Positions 49,711 to 62,989 are shown, counted from the first letter of the stretch. The stretch is 64,000 nucleotides of DNA from Rhina ancylostomus (GCA_030265395.1 JARFYF010000002.1:51387899-51451898); one strand, 5' to 3'. Notes: generated by a model not told the origin, from the sequence alone. Made by a program: numbers and translations.

Positions 49711-50760
49711 ATTTTAAGACTTCCACTGAACACTGTTTTGGGGCCAATCATCAGTGCAATATCAAAAAAGAAGCCCCTTGCAGCCTTTTCAGCTTATCTG
49801 AGCAGAGGCAATAAATACTGCCCTTGCCAGCAATGCTTTTTACATATGACTGGATGCTTGCGATCCATCATATCACTGATTCGTTCATCTGCTTATATGA
49901 AGTTCCTGTTACTGTCTACATCTGCTCCAACTATAATTGGCAATCTTATTGGATCTTTCTCCAATCTTCCTCCAACAACTAGCACTTCAAAATAGATTCA
50001 TGGTTCACTTGACTCATTTGTATTTGTGGAGGTTAGCTTAAGGCAAATAAACTGCTATTTTGCCAAATGAAAATTTATGCACTTCAAAGTAATTATTGCA
50101 CACAAAGACCTTAAGATATTTCTGATGGTTGTAATAAGGTGGGATATAAATGTAATTATTTTGTTCATAGTCAAAATAATGCCAACTTATATCTTTAATA
50201 GTGAAAAGGTGAGATTATTTGAATAACATTCCCTGACTTTGATGCAGGAAAGATGGACTAACACAAAGAACAAGCTATGCTTCAACCAACCTTTTGATGT
50301 TTTTGTGCTCTGCATTTTCATTTCTGGAAAACAACAGTGAAAGTTCCCAGTAATATTTGGATTGCTTGGAGTTCAGGACAAGGCCTGATGGAACTAATTA
50401 GTGAAATTTATTTATCTGCTTTTGTTGCATTACAAACTTATCACAGAACATAATTATTAACTAATAACTGGGTGGAATGTGCAGAGTAATTAACGAGAGC
50501 ATGATCCATTACAAGCCCTGTTTGGAGGATGTTAAATTCCAGTACTTATGTCAGATGGGATAGGGGAACATTAGACAATTTTGCATATTACTAGTTCACT
50601 TGAATTTCAAGTTCTGTAGCTGTGTCAGGCTTGATGACTATGAAGCCAAAAATTGGTTTGCTCATCGGCTTTGAAGAGCCTTTCTTGTTCTAAGTCTCAC
50701 ACATTTGAAATAGTGACAGTTGAAGTGAGCCTGTTGACAATCCAGTAACTGCTCCATAAA

Positions 50761-51025
50761 CCAGGTGGGATCCCACCACTAGGCACATCTTCCCTTCCCC
50801 TCCCACCGGGATCGCTCTCTCTGCAACTCCCTTGTCCGTTCGCCCCTCCCCACCGATCCCACTCCAGGCACTTAGCCCTACAATCATGCCAAGTGTAACA
50901 GCTGCCCCTACATCTCCTCCCTCCCCACTATTTAGGGCCCTAAACAGTTTTTCTTGTTGAGGCAGTCCTTTACATGTGAATCCACCAGTGTCATTTATTG
51001 CATCTGGTGCTCCCAATGAGGTCTC
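50761..51025 (+). mobile_element. Penelope-like element ORF fragment (start of GIY-YIG)
   Basis: 'gggatcccaccactaggcacatcttccc...gggccctaaacag...tttacatgtgaatccaccagtgtcatttattgcatctggtgctcccaatgaggtctc' (FTC.S..VIYCI.CS.C). Confidence 0.8.
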
Positions 51026-52194
51026 NNNNNNNNNNNNNNNNNNNNNNNNNNNNNNNNNNNNNNNNNNNNNNNNNNNNNNNNNNNNNNNNNNNNNNNNNNN
51101 NNNNNNNNNNNNNNNNNNNNNNNNNAGTAGACCACTCTAAGCAGCCAGGAGCCAAAGTATACCCAAAGGTTGACCAATACTCTGGCAACTAGTGCGAGAG
51201 AATACATAAAACATTATGCTAGGCCCCTAATGGGGCTCAGGTATGTGTCATTATACAATCAGTCCAGCATGGAATCTATGTACTGTACAACAAGGCATCT
51301 AAGGAGCCAAATCAAGGGCCAACACTCAGAACCATGATACTCATCTTTGCTAAAGTTATGGTTAAGCACAAAAATAATGAACTACATCATGCTGACTTGG
51401 CCAGCAATTCCTGTTAAAGCCACCAGCATTCAGCTCTGAACCTGAAGTTGTGGATATCTGTGCAAGTTCTATGAAACTTAGATGACCGGAACTATTGACT
51501 CCTTGTCCCATGGAGTCTAACAGCAGAACCCATCTTGCATAGAAAGAATATCTCAAATCTTGTACACGTTCTGACCAAGTGCATTGTCCATTGATTTAAA
51601 TGAGGTTTGTAAGGGAAAGACTTAGGAAGCTGAAAGGAAGTTATCTTATTTTTAAATTATTTTGTTTTAGTTTAATGTTTTAAATTATTTATAAGTGTGT
51701 TTTATGTTTTGGGTTAACTTTTAAATTTTGAGTTACGTTGAACGTGAATTGGTGCTATTGTAGCCAACCCACCAAGGTTGACCTGATGTTGCTGGGAATT
51801 AAAGATTGACCCGAACCATTTAAGAGAAAAATCATTGGTGCTTTTATTTAAAAATCATTTTATTCATTTTCTTTGAATGCTTTTGTTTGTGAGTAATAAA
51901 AATATTGGGAAAATGTGTCTGTCTGGCTGGGATAATTGGAGGTGGGAGAATGGTGAAATGGTTGTAACTGATACTAACTGAGGATGCCATCAACGATTGC
52001 AGGAATACATGCAGTTATTGATGACATCCTCACTGTGGGTTACCTCATGTGTAGTCATGAAAAAAAATTTTTTATAAAAAGCACAGGTGATTTTTCCTTC
52101 AAGTGGTTCAGGCCAGTATTTAATTCCTAGAAACTCCAGGAAAAACCCAGAGATTTGGCTAGGCTAGAATAATTCAGGTGTAGTCGGTACACAG

Positions 52195-52550
52195 GGGAGG
52201 CATAATGGTGCAGCTAATGGAGCTGCTGCCTGTTGGTCCCAGTGACCTGGGTTCTGTCCTGATTTCTGTCTGTGTGGAGTTAGGATGTTCTCCCTGTAAC
52301 TCTGTGGGATTCCTCCAGATGTTCCAGTTTACTCCCATATCCCAAAGACATGTGGATTGTTAGGTGATCTAGCCAATGTAAATTGCCCCTAATATGTAGG
52401 TGAGTGGTTGAATCTGGGGGAAGTTGATGGAATGTAGAGAGAATAATATGGGGTACCTGTAGGATTTGTATAAATGGGTGCTTGGTGGTTGGCATGGTTT
52501 CAGTGGGCTGAAGGACCAGTTACTGTGTTGTGTGACTCTTTAACTCCATG
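52195..52550 (+). mobile_element. V-SINE family B (CR1-type tail)
   Basis: 'ggcataatggtgcagctaatggagctgctgcc...tgtctgtgtggagtt...atcccaaagacatgtg...gggctgaaggaccagttactgtgttgtgtgactct'. Confidence 0.85.
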
Positions 52551-52859
52551 ATTCCTTGTCTCTGTGACATGTAATGAGTATTCTCCAGATTTCTCAAGAG
52601 CCAATAAACAGTGACTTGATTGACTTCAGCTAAGATAAAATAGCACATTGTTACTATTAAGTGATCATCCTATATGGCACTGACTGTCCCAACTTTTCTG
52701 CATTACAGTCAAAGGTGTTTTTGGGGAAGACCTGATCCAAACATTTCTTGCAATGATACATAAAGCTTAAGTATTGACTGCAGCGCAGTTAGCAGCTCTT
52801 TTCCCTCAGATGGAAGGCACCTAGTTCTGGTGGTGCTTCAGATACATGAATATTATAAT

Positions 52860-53060
52860 CTAGGCTGAATCAGCTTTGCAGTTTTGAAGAGGTACTGCTC
52901 TGCTGGAAAAGGCCACTTTCACACAGGCTGTTAAACCAATTTTGCAATTACTCTTTCAGTTTCCATTGATTCTATTGAAAAGAAGAGCAGGGGAATTATC
53001 CCTGATGTCCTGTCCAATATTTATTTCTTAATTGACATTGCATAACAGGATATTTGCAGG
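52860..53060 (+). mobile_element. SacSINE/DeuSINE-like relic
   Basis: 'taggctga...gcagttttgaagagg...ctattgaaaagaagagcaggggaattatccctgatgtcctgtccaatatttat'. Confidence 0.55.
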
Positions 53061-54689
53061 GAGAGATCTTGTCTAGTAGCTGACGGAATAATGGGTTGTA
53101 GATGCCCAAGAACATAAGAGGAATACAAAATCATTTCTCTGGCATCTCAGAAGCTGCTAAAACATTGAAGTCCTATCCCAAAACCAACAAGACTCTCGGG
53201 CGAAGACTGATTTACGCACCTCTTATATTGAATTGGCCCTAAATCATGAACAGTTAGATCAAGAGACGTGATTTTGTGATACTGTGCCAGAGTTATGCCT
53301 CAATTTTGTAAAAGTGTTAATATGATTTCTTATGATTTACTTAATCCATTTATTTGAAACAGGATATAAAAATAACGTTAATCAGGAAATGAAGATATCT
53401 GTAAATGCATTACGAGACAATTTGAGATATATGAGCATTCTTATTGAACATATGCACTGTTATAACTTGCCAGTTGAATATTGAAGAGCCTTTATTGCCA
53501 TCTAGTGATTGTAGATGAAAAATCGGGAGGCTTATTTCCAAAGGATGAGGAAGCAATTCTGCAGGGATATTTGCAGTATTTACTTTGGCAAATGGAATTT
53601 GCAAAGCCTTTCCATTTCTGTGATATGGAGTTGTTGCTATGTATAATTTTATGAGGAGCTTATAGTTTATATTGGACATGAGAATGGAGTAAAGTGAAGT
53701 GGGCTATTTTTAAAGCCCTGCAAGCTCTTATTGCCATTTTTTAAAATTAATCTATTATAATGAAGTTTCCTTTCCCATTTGAAAAATGAAAAGAAAACCT
53801 AATTTAGGTTTCCAACCAAATTCTCTATAGTCAATGGTCTGTTCATGATAACTTTTTCAGGAATAAGAATTCTGGAAAAGAGATCTTAGTCAAATGTTAT
53901 TTTCCTTTCATTCATTCACGGATTTCTTGTGTCTCCCTGACAAGGCCAGCTTCTAATGCCCATCCTATGTATAGAAATAGAGAGCATGGCAGATGCACCA
54001 AATGAATGCTGCTCATCCGACTTTACTAATGAAAAAATCTGACAAAATCATAGGAAAAGAGGAATTTCTTGAGATATTGGACAGGCTACAAATTAATAAG
54101 GGGGAAGACTAAATAAAGTAGTTCAATGTAAAATATTTAGCTTGTGCATCTCGAACCATAAATCATATGGGCGTAGATTTAGGGTGCTATTTACTTGTAA
54201 TTTGCTTTTAACATAGAAGCATATTCAGCAGTATGGTGTGTGCTCTTCTTATGTCAGTGCCTGAATTCATTAGAAAGAGTGAATGGGCATGTGGCAATCA
54301 ATGGATTTTAATATTTCTACGTTACCTCGGGCCAGATGACGAGATGTTTTGGCTCTAGTGAACAGCCACTTAGATTTGCTGCAGATGAAGGGGGAAAATA
54401 TTGATGAAAGCAAAGAGATAAAAATCTGCCTTCTGAGAGACTTTATTGTTACTGCTCAGTGATGAGGGACCAAGCCCACACTGCCCATTATTGTGAACTG
54501 AAGCTAATAATCAATAACTATCTTGAAGATTGCTCTCCACAGAGTGAAAATGTCAGTCAGGCTCCCTGATTGTGCCTACAGTTTCCTTCTACCAAACTGT
54601 ATCTTTATTAAATAAGCTTGATTAATCATTGCAGTATATTGTTTTCTGTATAAGTAATTAGGGTTGAAAGGCAGGATTATCAGAAGAAA

Positions 54690-54872
54690 TGTCGGCTGGT
54701 AGTTACCAATTGTCTTCAAATATTCAGATAGATTTTTAGATATTAAGGAAATCAAAGGATGTGGGGGTCGTGCAGGAAAGTGACGCTGTGTTAAATATCA
54801 GTCATGATCATATTGAATGGCAGAGCAGGTACAAGTTGCCTCATGGCCTACTCCTGCTTCTATTTCTTATAT
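54690..54872 (+). mobile_element. CR1 3' end
   Basis: 'gatagatttttagatattaaggaaatcaaaggatgtggg...atcagtcatgatcatattgaatggcagagcagg...tggcctactcctgcttctatttcttat'. Confidence 0.8.
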
Positions 54873-56257
54873 TTAGAGCTTCTATATGCTGCACTTCTGT
54901 CCGCATTTTCATTAGGGGTGTTAACATTGGGTTGGATTGTTCTTGACCTAGCCCCAAGCTTCAGGTTCAACACTCACCTCCCCCTTTGGAGACCTGTAGC
55001 TGCATGCATCTTTTATGACTCCATGGACCCAATTGAACTCAAGGCCAGACTGCCATGGTCGTTCCACAAAGCAAACGATTTCTGAGGATGATCAGCCTTC
55101 ATGTGATGGATGCCGATACCTTGTCCTCTGACCATTCTATTGGTCTTTTACTATCTCTTGCTTTGCTGTCACCATCCTTTTCAATTATTTCTAATAGTCT
55201 ATGATAATCAGAGACTTTTAAAAATAGTTGAAATAGGTTTAAATAACTAAGAAAATTAAAAAAGTAATAAATTTATTGTAAAACACATTTATCTGATATA
55301 AATTAATTAAAATTATTAATTTAACTAGAGTAAAGAAAGCCAAACAAACCACATCCACAATAGATGTAAAGCTGAGGAGCCAGATATAAAGTGCAAATTG
55401 TGCTTGACTACTGTACTTAGGTTGCAGTGTCCAGCGTCTCAGTAGGAAGTCAAGTGAACCAGTGTTGAACCTTTGGTACAGTCTATGGTTTCAGATTGCA
55501 ATGGAAAGGTGCAGAAGTTAGGAATGTGTTGACCTGCAAGGAACCCCCAGGCAATGATTCTCTTTTAAATATCATCTAAAGGTTAGTAACTTGTGGGCCT
55601 CTGATGCATCTAACCACATTTATCAGCAATAATTATGTTGAGCTTAGTGTTTCAAAGTTGTGCATTATTTGCATGTACCATTAGACTAAAACTGTAAAAA
55701 GAAGGAGGTCACTTCGAAAGCATGAGGTTATTGAAAGGTGCTTGGTAACTTTTGGCAATTTCTAGGTTGGTATGTATACAAGTGCCTTAGTGTTTATGGG
55801 ATGCTGGTGGTGTTCACTGGTGGCGTGTAAACTTCCACATTATTAATCACACTTGAAAGAAGTAATTAATTATGTTAAAAGTTTTCAAATGTTTTGATGT
55901 CAGTGGTAGAAGTCCTCATATTCTTTAATTACTTTTCGCTTTTCAGCATGCACAATTTCCTATTGTTTTTGCAGAACATTGTCACCAGGTGGCATCACTT
56001 AAATGCTTCATCTCAGCACTTCCGAGTTGGTAGCACCAATATGCTCAAAGGTTGAACACTTTTAATGGAAGCCTTTTAATACAAATATAACTGTCATTAA
56101 ATGCATTTCTACTATTTTTTATGTATTTTGTTCTGTCAACTCCACATCCAAGCATTTTTAGAAAGTGTCTGTCAGTAGAGCATGACTTACTAGTACTTCA
56201 CTTATTAGTACTTGAATCAAGAGGTCTTCTCAGGTAAAAAATGAAATAACAATCCAA

Positions 56258-56441
56258 CCTCGGCCAAACTGAACCCGATGCAAGCTCAAGGGTCAATAAT
56301 TTTTTTTTGTTTTGACACCCAACCGGAGCTGAATCTGACACATGCATTTGGGTCTGACTTAATGTTTTTTTTCCAGAACTGATCTGATTTGAATCCAAAG
56401 CATGTTCTCAGGCCTTGTTTGGCTCGGGTCAGTTGGCCAGG
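56258..56441. mobile_element. Short MITE with imperfect terminal inverted repeats
   Basis: 'cctcggccaaactgaacccga' (56258-56278) versus 'tcgggtcagttggccagg' (56424-56441), with internal degenerate ACCCGA-like units. Confidence 0.55.
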
Positions 56442-58139
56442 CATAATCTGAACATCAGCAGCACACAAACAAACATCATTAAATAATGAGTTACTTCTGA
56501 TTATCCTTAATTAGCTTTCTGCCTGTTATATCATATGTTAGAACAAATGTGCATTTGTACATTGCCTTTAATGAACTGAAAGTATCCCAGTGCAATTTAC
56601 TTGTAATGAAATATGTTAATATCTCATTACTATTGTGATGTATGGAAACTCTGGTTGAATTAATTATGATGGTTACCTTTGAAATGTGCTTGTATGCTAC
56701 ATGTGAATGTTTACACATTCCTGAGAAATAGCAAGAAATAGCAGAAGCAGGTAAAGCTAAACTGTATCCAATTACATATTTGGTATATTTTGTCGGCTTT
56801 CATTGGCAGACTTGGAGCTTTGTGACCCATTTCCAATATACATTTAAGTTTCCAAATTTAGGATGTGGATTGTGATATTATGGATGGCTTGTAGCTAGGT
56901 GGAGTACATGATAAGCATACTCTGAGTGAATGTGGACAATAGAACCAAAAGACAGAAAATGGAAGATATGGTGTGAACCAAATGGTTCTTCAGACTTTGA
57001 AATATTTGAGAAGAATTTTGTTACTAGAATGAAAATGATACCCATTTCAAGAATGCTTGGTATGCTGAATTGCTGAATTTTTAAGGTAAGGAATGTTATC
57101 AGTGGCAAGAGACACATCTTTTGTTCCTGAGGCCAATCTAACCACAAAGTGGCCCAGGTAAAATGCATAACTCAGTCAGAGAGAGATTAAAACTTCTTCC
57201 ATTCCTTTCAGGAACACCCTTCATGTTGGTGTTAGTGATTTGACTTCTTACACTGACCATCCTGCAGCCTATAACTAAGGCTGAATTGAAGAATCAATGA
57301 CAACATATTTGCAGTAACATTTGCTGAATACCTTGTTAATCTTCCATCTGCGAACCAATACAGGACATCACCCACCAGAGAATGTTCACCACTACTGTTC
57401 CTGCACATGTCCGGCACTCCTGTTTTGATTGGCTCAGTTAGTTTTGTGAGGAACCAATAGATAGAAAGAAAGAAGACACATGTTTTCAAGATATCCCAAT
57501 AAATTTTATAATCAATGAAGCATTTTTAAACTGCAGTACCAGTTGCAAGATTGAAAGAAGCCAGGACCACAAAAGCAATATGATAAATAATTATTTTAAT
57601 GATGTTAATTGAGATATAAATGCTTATGGACCTAACTCTTCTATAAAAAGTGCTCAGGATCTTTCCTGTCCATCTCAGGGGGCAGAAAAGACCTCAGTTT
57701 AATTGGCTGAATCTTGATGATAACTGCTAATAGATTTGTGGTGAACACAATCAAATTTGGGATTTTGATGCATGGGCTTCCCATCACAAAAGTTCCGAAC
57801 TTGTAGACAGAATCCAGACAATAGGACTATGTATTGCCAGAGTCTGAATGAAGTTCAACTGCAGACCAAGAATTCTCTTGAGATTCTTCTAGAATTTACA
57901 TCAGACAATCTGTTCAAGATTCCTACTCAAAGTTATACTCTGTCAGCAATTTTGTGTGGGGAGGCTTGTTCTGAACCTCCAGACCACACTCTTGGTCAGC
58001 ACGTGCACCAAGCCAGTCAAGACTGGATTAGCACAGAATCGGGGAGGTCACTGCGGGGGGCAGCTGCCTGAGCTAATGGCTCATCTGTAAGGCACCACTG
58101 CAAGAGATTGTCAGTACTGTCCAAAGTCAACCTCTATTA

Positions 58140-58300
58140 TGTTTACCTGCATGGCACTTTCTCTGTAATTGCAACACTATATTCTGCATTCTGTTTTATT
58201 TTACTACCACTATGTAATTATGTATGGCATGATTTGTCTGGGTGGCAAAAGCTTTTCACTGTATCTCAGGACATGTGCCAATACTAAACAAATACCGATA
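58140..58300 (+). mobile_element. Rex/Babar-type 3'UTR fragment
   Basis: 'tttacctgcatggcactttctctgtaattgcaacactatattctgcattctg...aagcttttcactgtatctcaggacatgtgccaatactaaac'. Confidence 0.65.
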
Positions 58301-59512
58301 TATGCTTACGTCCAAGAGAAGGATTAGAACCCACAACCTACTTCCTCTGAGATTTGGCAGATATTTCTGCAGAACAATTCCTTTCTGTCCTTTGCTTCAA
58401 GATCATGTGTTCAAATACCGCTCCTAGACTTAAGCATATAGTCAAGTGCAGTAGTGATATTGTAAATGCTGTGCTTCAAATGACTTTTCACCATGCATTT
58501 AAAAATGTGCTTAAACTCTTGAAATTACAAAGTTGTTTCTCAAAAATATGATAATGGCAGTATGTAATATTTCTCAAGAGGTGGTACACGGAAGGAGTGT
58601 AAACTATTTCACTATCTGGCGTGGGAAGAACAATCAAATGGCAAATCTGTCACATTGGGGAGAAGCTTAGGTAAATATTACTAGTTTCCTAAACATTATT
58701 TTGCTGCACAAGTAGTAAAACTGTGATAACCAGTGCAACTATTTCTTGTCTTCTCATATGTTCTTTGGATGCATAACAAAAAAGGAAATTTGACACATAA
58801 TTATCCAGTTTATGTCCATGATCTGAGTTACATTGTTGTTTGAAAAATTAAATGTATTTATGTCATGCTGCTAACAGGTTAATTCTCAGAAAGTGGAGGA
58901 TTTTTAGCATTAATGTTGTTATTGTGCAGATTCCAGTTATATAATTATTCACAGTGGAAAGTTAACATTTCAACATTGTTTTCAGCTGTGCCTTGTATGT
59001 GGACTAAGTATACCATAGAAACATAACAAATCATGAGTTAATTCACTCTCATGGAATTTGTGTAAAAAGAAGTAACTAATTAACACAAAATTTATTAATT
59101 TCAAGTTGCGTTTCTTGGCTCATGCGCCTATGACATCACTTCGCATTACAGAAAATCACGATATGGACTGTTTTCCAGGAACACCTGTACACAGATGGAT
59201 ATGTGACAAATCATTTTGTATACAGCTGAGATTTATTGCAAACAGAATTTCGATTACATCACCTGATCTACATTAGTGAAAGTTTTTGGATAAATTTTAT
59301 GAGTCCTATACTTTCTGATTAAGGTGGTCAAGTAAATTATTCACGTTTCTCAGCTTCTTTTAAAAGGTTGGAGGGAACTTTCTCCTTATCAACAGATATG
59401 TGCATAATAACAGCCTGTCTATGCTTGTATATGCATACCCAGGCTGTTATTTATAAATTTGCTATCAATTGAAATATTACAAAGCAAATTAATATTGAAC
59501 TACAAATGGGAA

Positions 59513-59812
59513 TAAGATAAGATATCTTTATTAGTCACATGTACATCGAAACACACAGTGAAATGCATTGTTTGCGCAGAGTGTTGTGGGGGCAGCCCGC
59601 AAGTGTTGCCACAGTGTCAGCTCCAGCATAGCATGCCCACAACTTCCTAACCCGTGCATCTTTGGAATGTGGGAGGAAACCAGAGCAACCAAAGGAAACC
59701 CATGCAGACACAGGGAGAACTTACAAACTCCTTATAGACAGCGGCCGGAACTGAACCTGGGTTGCTGGCTCTATAATAGCATTACAGTAACCCCTAACAC
59801 TACCGTGCCTGC
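59513..59812 (-). mobile_element. V-SINE family A, near full length
   Basis: Collinear with 1786-2085 throughout: 'taagataagatatctttattagtcacatg...gaactgaacctgggttgctggc...ctaccgtgcctgc'. Confidence 0.9.
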
Positions 59813-61939
59813 TCTAAATTTACTTTAGAATGTCAAAATACATCCGTAAAGTTGGCTCATTTTATCAAATATTTCAAGATGACTTAGTGGATAAATGGAA
59901 TGTGTCTGCATGAATTAGCGGACACTCTGTTTGAGGTCCATCATTCATTGATCCCAGTCTAGGTAACAATGGGCATTACAGTTAGCAAAAATATTGTGTA
60001 GTGAAAAAGGAGGCCTCTAGGGCTCCCACAGTAGCAGCTGAGCCACATCTGTTTACAGTGTTCCTTTGCGATCTTGTGAATGCATCAAAAGCAATTACCT
60101 TTTTCATATTTTCCAAACAGGCTAAAGTTCTGTGGTTGTTACAATGGAGAGTTAAAACAGGGGTATGTCAGAATGGCAACAAACATTTTAAGGACCAAAA
60201 TATACTGGAATTCAGCAGCTTATACAGGGCCATTGACATCAAAGAATGCAGATAAAGTCAGAGACTCATTAGCTCAAGAACTCTTGCTCCCTGACCCTAA
60301 CTTGGGATTGACTTTAGAAGATAAGGAGGAGCCCCCTTATTGGGAACAATCCTATGGAAGACCATTTGATACAAACCCTTCCCATTCTTGAGCTGTAAAC
60401 TATAACCACATGAACCTTCAGTCTGCTAGAGGCTCTTTCCCTGTGACACTTACGCCGATTCTGTGAACATCACTAGTCAGTACAACATCTTTGTCCCATG
60501 CTCATGAGTTGTGGATTGCCAACGGCAATTACTTGTTTCTGGCAAAGTGTGTTTGCTTGGTGGAATGTAATATCATTGAAATACTCAGGTTAGTAAAATG
60601 TCTTCGTGACATTTAATTATTTCATTTAGGTGTTCCTGTAATCCAGAGGAACCTGCCAAATGTTATAAGAATGGCCTAGTTTTCTAAGAAGGGTATTCTA
60701 CTGTCAGAAAAATAATTCAGAGCAATGGTTATTTAAGTCAAACTTTGGCTAAGGGTTTGACAAACAACCTGTATGATAATATCTTATAGGCACGATCTAA
60801 CTTCTGGGCATGAAGTCTCTTTAGATTATGTTCTGTCAGTAACATTATTCATGGACTGGCCCAGCAACAAGATAACAAATTTTGCTAATCTGCATCTGAT
60901 TTTACTGGGAAAATATCCATCCAACCAGAAAATGTTGCCATTATTCAAATTTACCACTTCACTGAACTGCCTAACTGATAATGCATGTTAATGATGCTAA
61001 ACATTGTAAATATGCACATCATATGCCAGTAGAAAATATAGTGCAAAAAGAGGCAATAGCTGTATGCTTCTTCAAGCTAGATTTTTTCATTTATCTGAAA
61101 CAAGCTGCAAATACAACTCTCTATCCATGCTTGGGGATAGGATATGATTGGAAGTTAGAAAAGTTGGACAGAGATCAGAAGCCAGAGCCAGGCAATACAG
61201 AGTTGGAGGGAGGGATGGGAAAGACTCAGTTGAGTGTGGGTCATGGGCCTGGAGTCTGATGAAGGAGGATGGGTTGAAGTTAATGAGTTAGATCCAATGC
61301 CTGCTGAAACCAGTTATCCTTGCACCCTCTCCTTTCAGCAGCTGGGATACTTGAGACCTGGGATAGTTGTCTAGCCAGAGCTAAATTTAACTGAGAAATT
61401 AAATCTGAGAGAGGAACTCTCATTGTAATATTTAAATTAATAGCTCACCTTCGGTGATTGGGCTTGTTATCTGTTTTCCATTTTGCCTCCAGTGAAATTA
61501 TAGGTGCTTGGCTCTGAGATTTTTAGCATTTCATCTCAACCCAAACCCACCTGCTTTGGGAGGCTGTAATCTCCTTCTTTGATTCATCTCATTACTTATT
61601 TTAATTGTTGTTCCACGGCAGGGATCCATGTTCAGTCAACGTCAGAATGTCAGAACGTCAGCTGCATGCATCAAAGTTCCACTGTTTGAGTTTGCAACTA
61701 CCTGCAGAGTAGCCAAGTTGCAGAGTCAGAGTGTTTGCCAAGGTGGACCACGTCTACTGCCAATCCATGTTCGAACACTGTCAAAGGACAGTTGACACTA
61801 GACTTGCTTCTTCTTCTCCATTCCCTGTCATGTTGTGAAGGATGGCGTGGAATGGGTAGGGCCTTGACTGCTATCTCAGCTGAGGGTGAGTGCAGTCTGG
61901 GCCCCAGTGCTTAACATTCTTTGTTGCAAAGGCAGGTAG

Positions 61940-62300
61940 AATTGAAAATAATGGAAGCAGAAGAGACAATATTAATCAAGGATTCCTTCATAGTGCTAGA
62001 ATATTACAAAACGTGAGCATGTGGTTTTAGAGTTAATCAAGGATTCCTTCATAGCACTAGAATATTGCAAAATGTGAAAATATTTTAGAGTTAAGAAGAA
62101 TACAGGGATTGTTAATCCATTGGCAGAGTAGACTTCTGAATAATGAAATGAAGAAAGATGAGATATATGGACAATTTGGAGGAAAATATTGGAAAAGGAA
62201 CATGGTTAAGGGTGACTTTAATTATGCAATGATTTATGGCTTAGAAATTATGGAAATGACAAAGTGTTGCAGGGATTCCTACAATGTAACTAGTGGTGCA
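61940..62300 (+). mobile_element. CR1 endonuclease-region relic containing a ~61-bp tandem duplication
   Basis: 'VKGDFNYAMI' APE-type motif; duplicated unit starting at 61972 and 62033. Confidence 0.55.
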
Positions 62301-62989
62301 TTCATGATTAGTGATGTCCCTGCTGAATAGGCACCCTTGATTTTATCAGCAGTGATACTAGATGCTGAGGGATGAGGGGCAATAGCTAGGAGCCCAGGCT
62401 AGGGGCCTGGGTGGGATTGCAATCTCCATCCCTCCATCCCTTCAAAAAGATTGAGTTTTTAAAAAATCCGGCCTTTTTAGGGATGTTACACAGCAGGAAT
62501 CTGGTTGTGATGTTAATTTAGTTGTGAAGTGATGCCTTTCTAGGTTTAAAATATTTACTGTAGATGAGGAAATTAAGTGGCCTTGAAATGAACAAATTGG
62601 TATTTGGTCAGACTGTAATCATATTTTTAAAGAACAACTGTTACAAATTGGAAATAAAGATTCACAGTTTAATCCTTTAGAAATTCTATGGATGAAAGGA
62701 TTCTGAACATTCAGAAATACTCCTTCGGTTTGCTATATGCTCACAATTTTTTTTCACGTTTTAATATTGAATAAAGTGCAGACCAGCAGTCACCTACACA
62801 TTTTACACCAAATTCACAACCTGATGAGGGCAGGGAAGGTTTCTGGAATTTATTTAAGCTTGCTCCCACAAGTTGTCTGGTCTTCTTTACTTGAAAATAA
62901 GTTGTAAATGCAGAAGTTTATCACTTGAGTTTAGAGCAGCTAAGGAGCCCTGTTTAGGGGTGCTATTGGATTGTCCCTAAACATGGGCA

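Noticed and set aside
48990-51025. Inverted pair of homologous Penelope ORF fragments ~1.5 kb apart
   Set aside because: The copies are strongly diverged and each abuts a gap; best explained as independent insertions, not one fold-back element.
54459-54503. C/D-box-like pair (GTGATGA...CTGA)
   Set aside because: Only ~45 nt long with no convincing terminal stem or recognisable antisense element.
57232-57489. 85-aa minus-strand ORF with possible splice sites
   Set aside because: Non-ATG start, unrecognisable peptide and weak splice signals.
58310-58352. tRNA B-box-like sequence on the minus strand
   Set aside because: No cloverleaf; it is a degenerate SINE head, not a tRNA gene.
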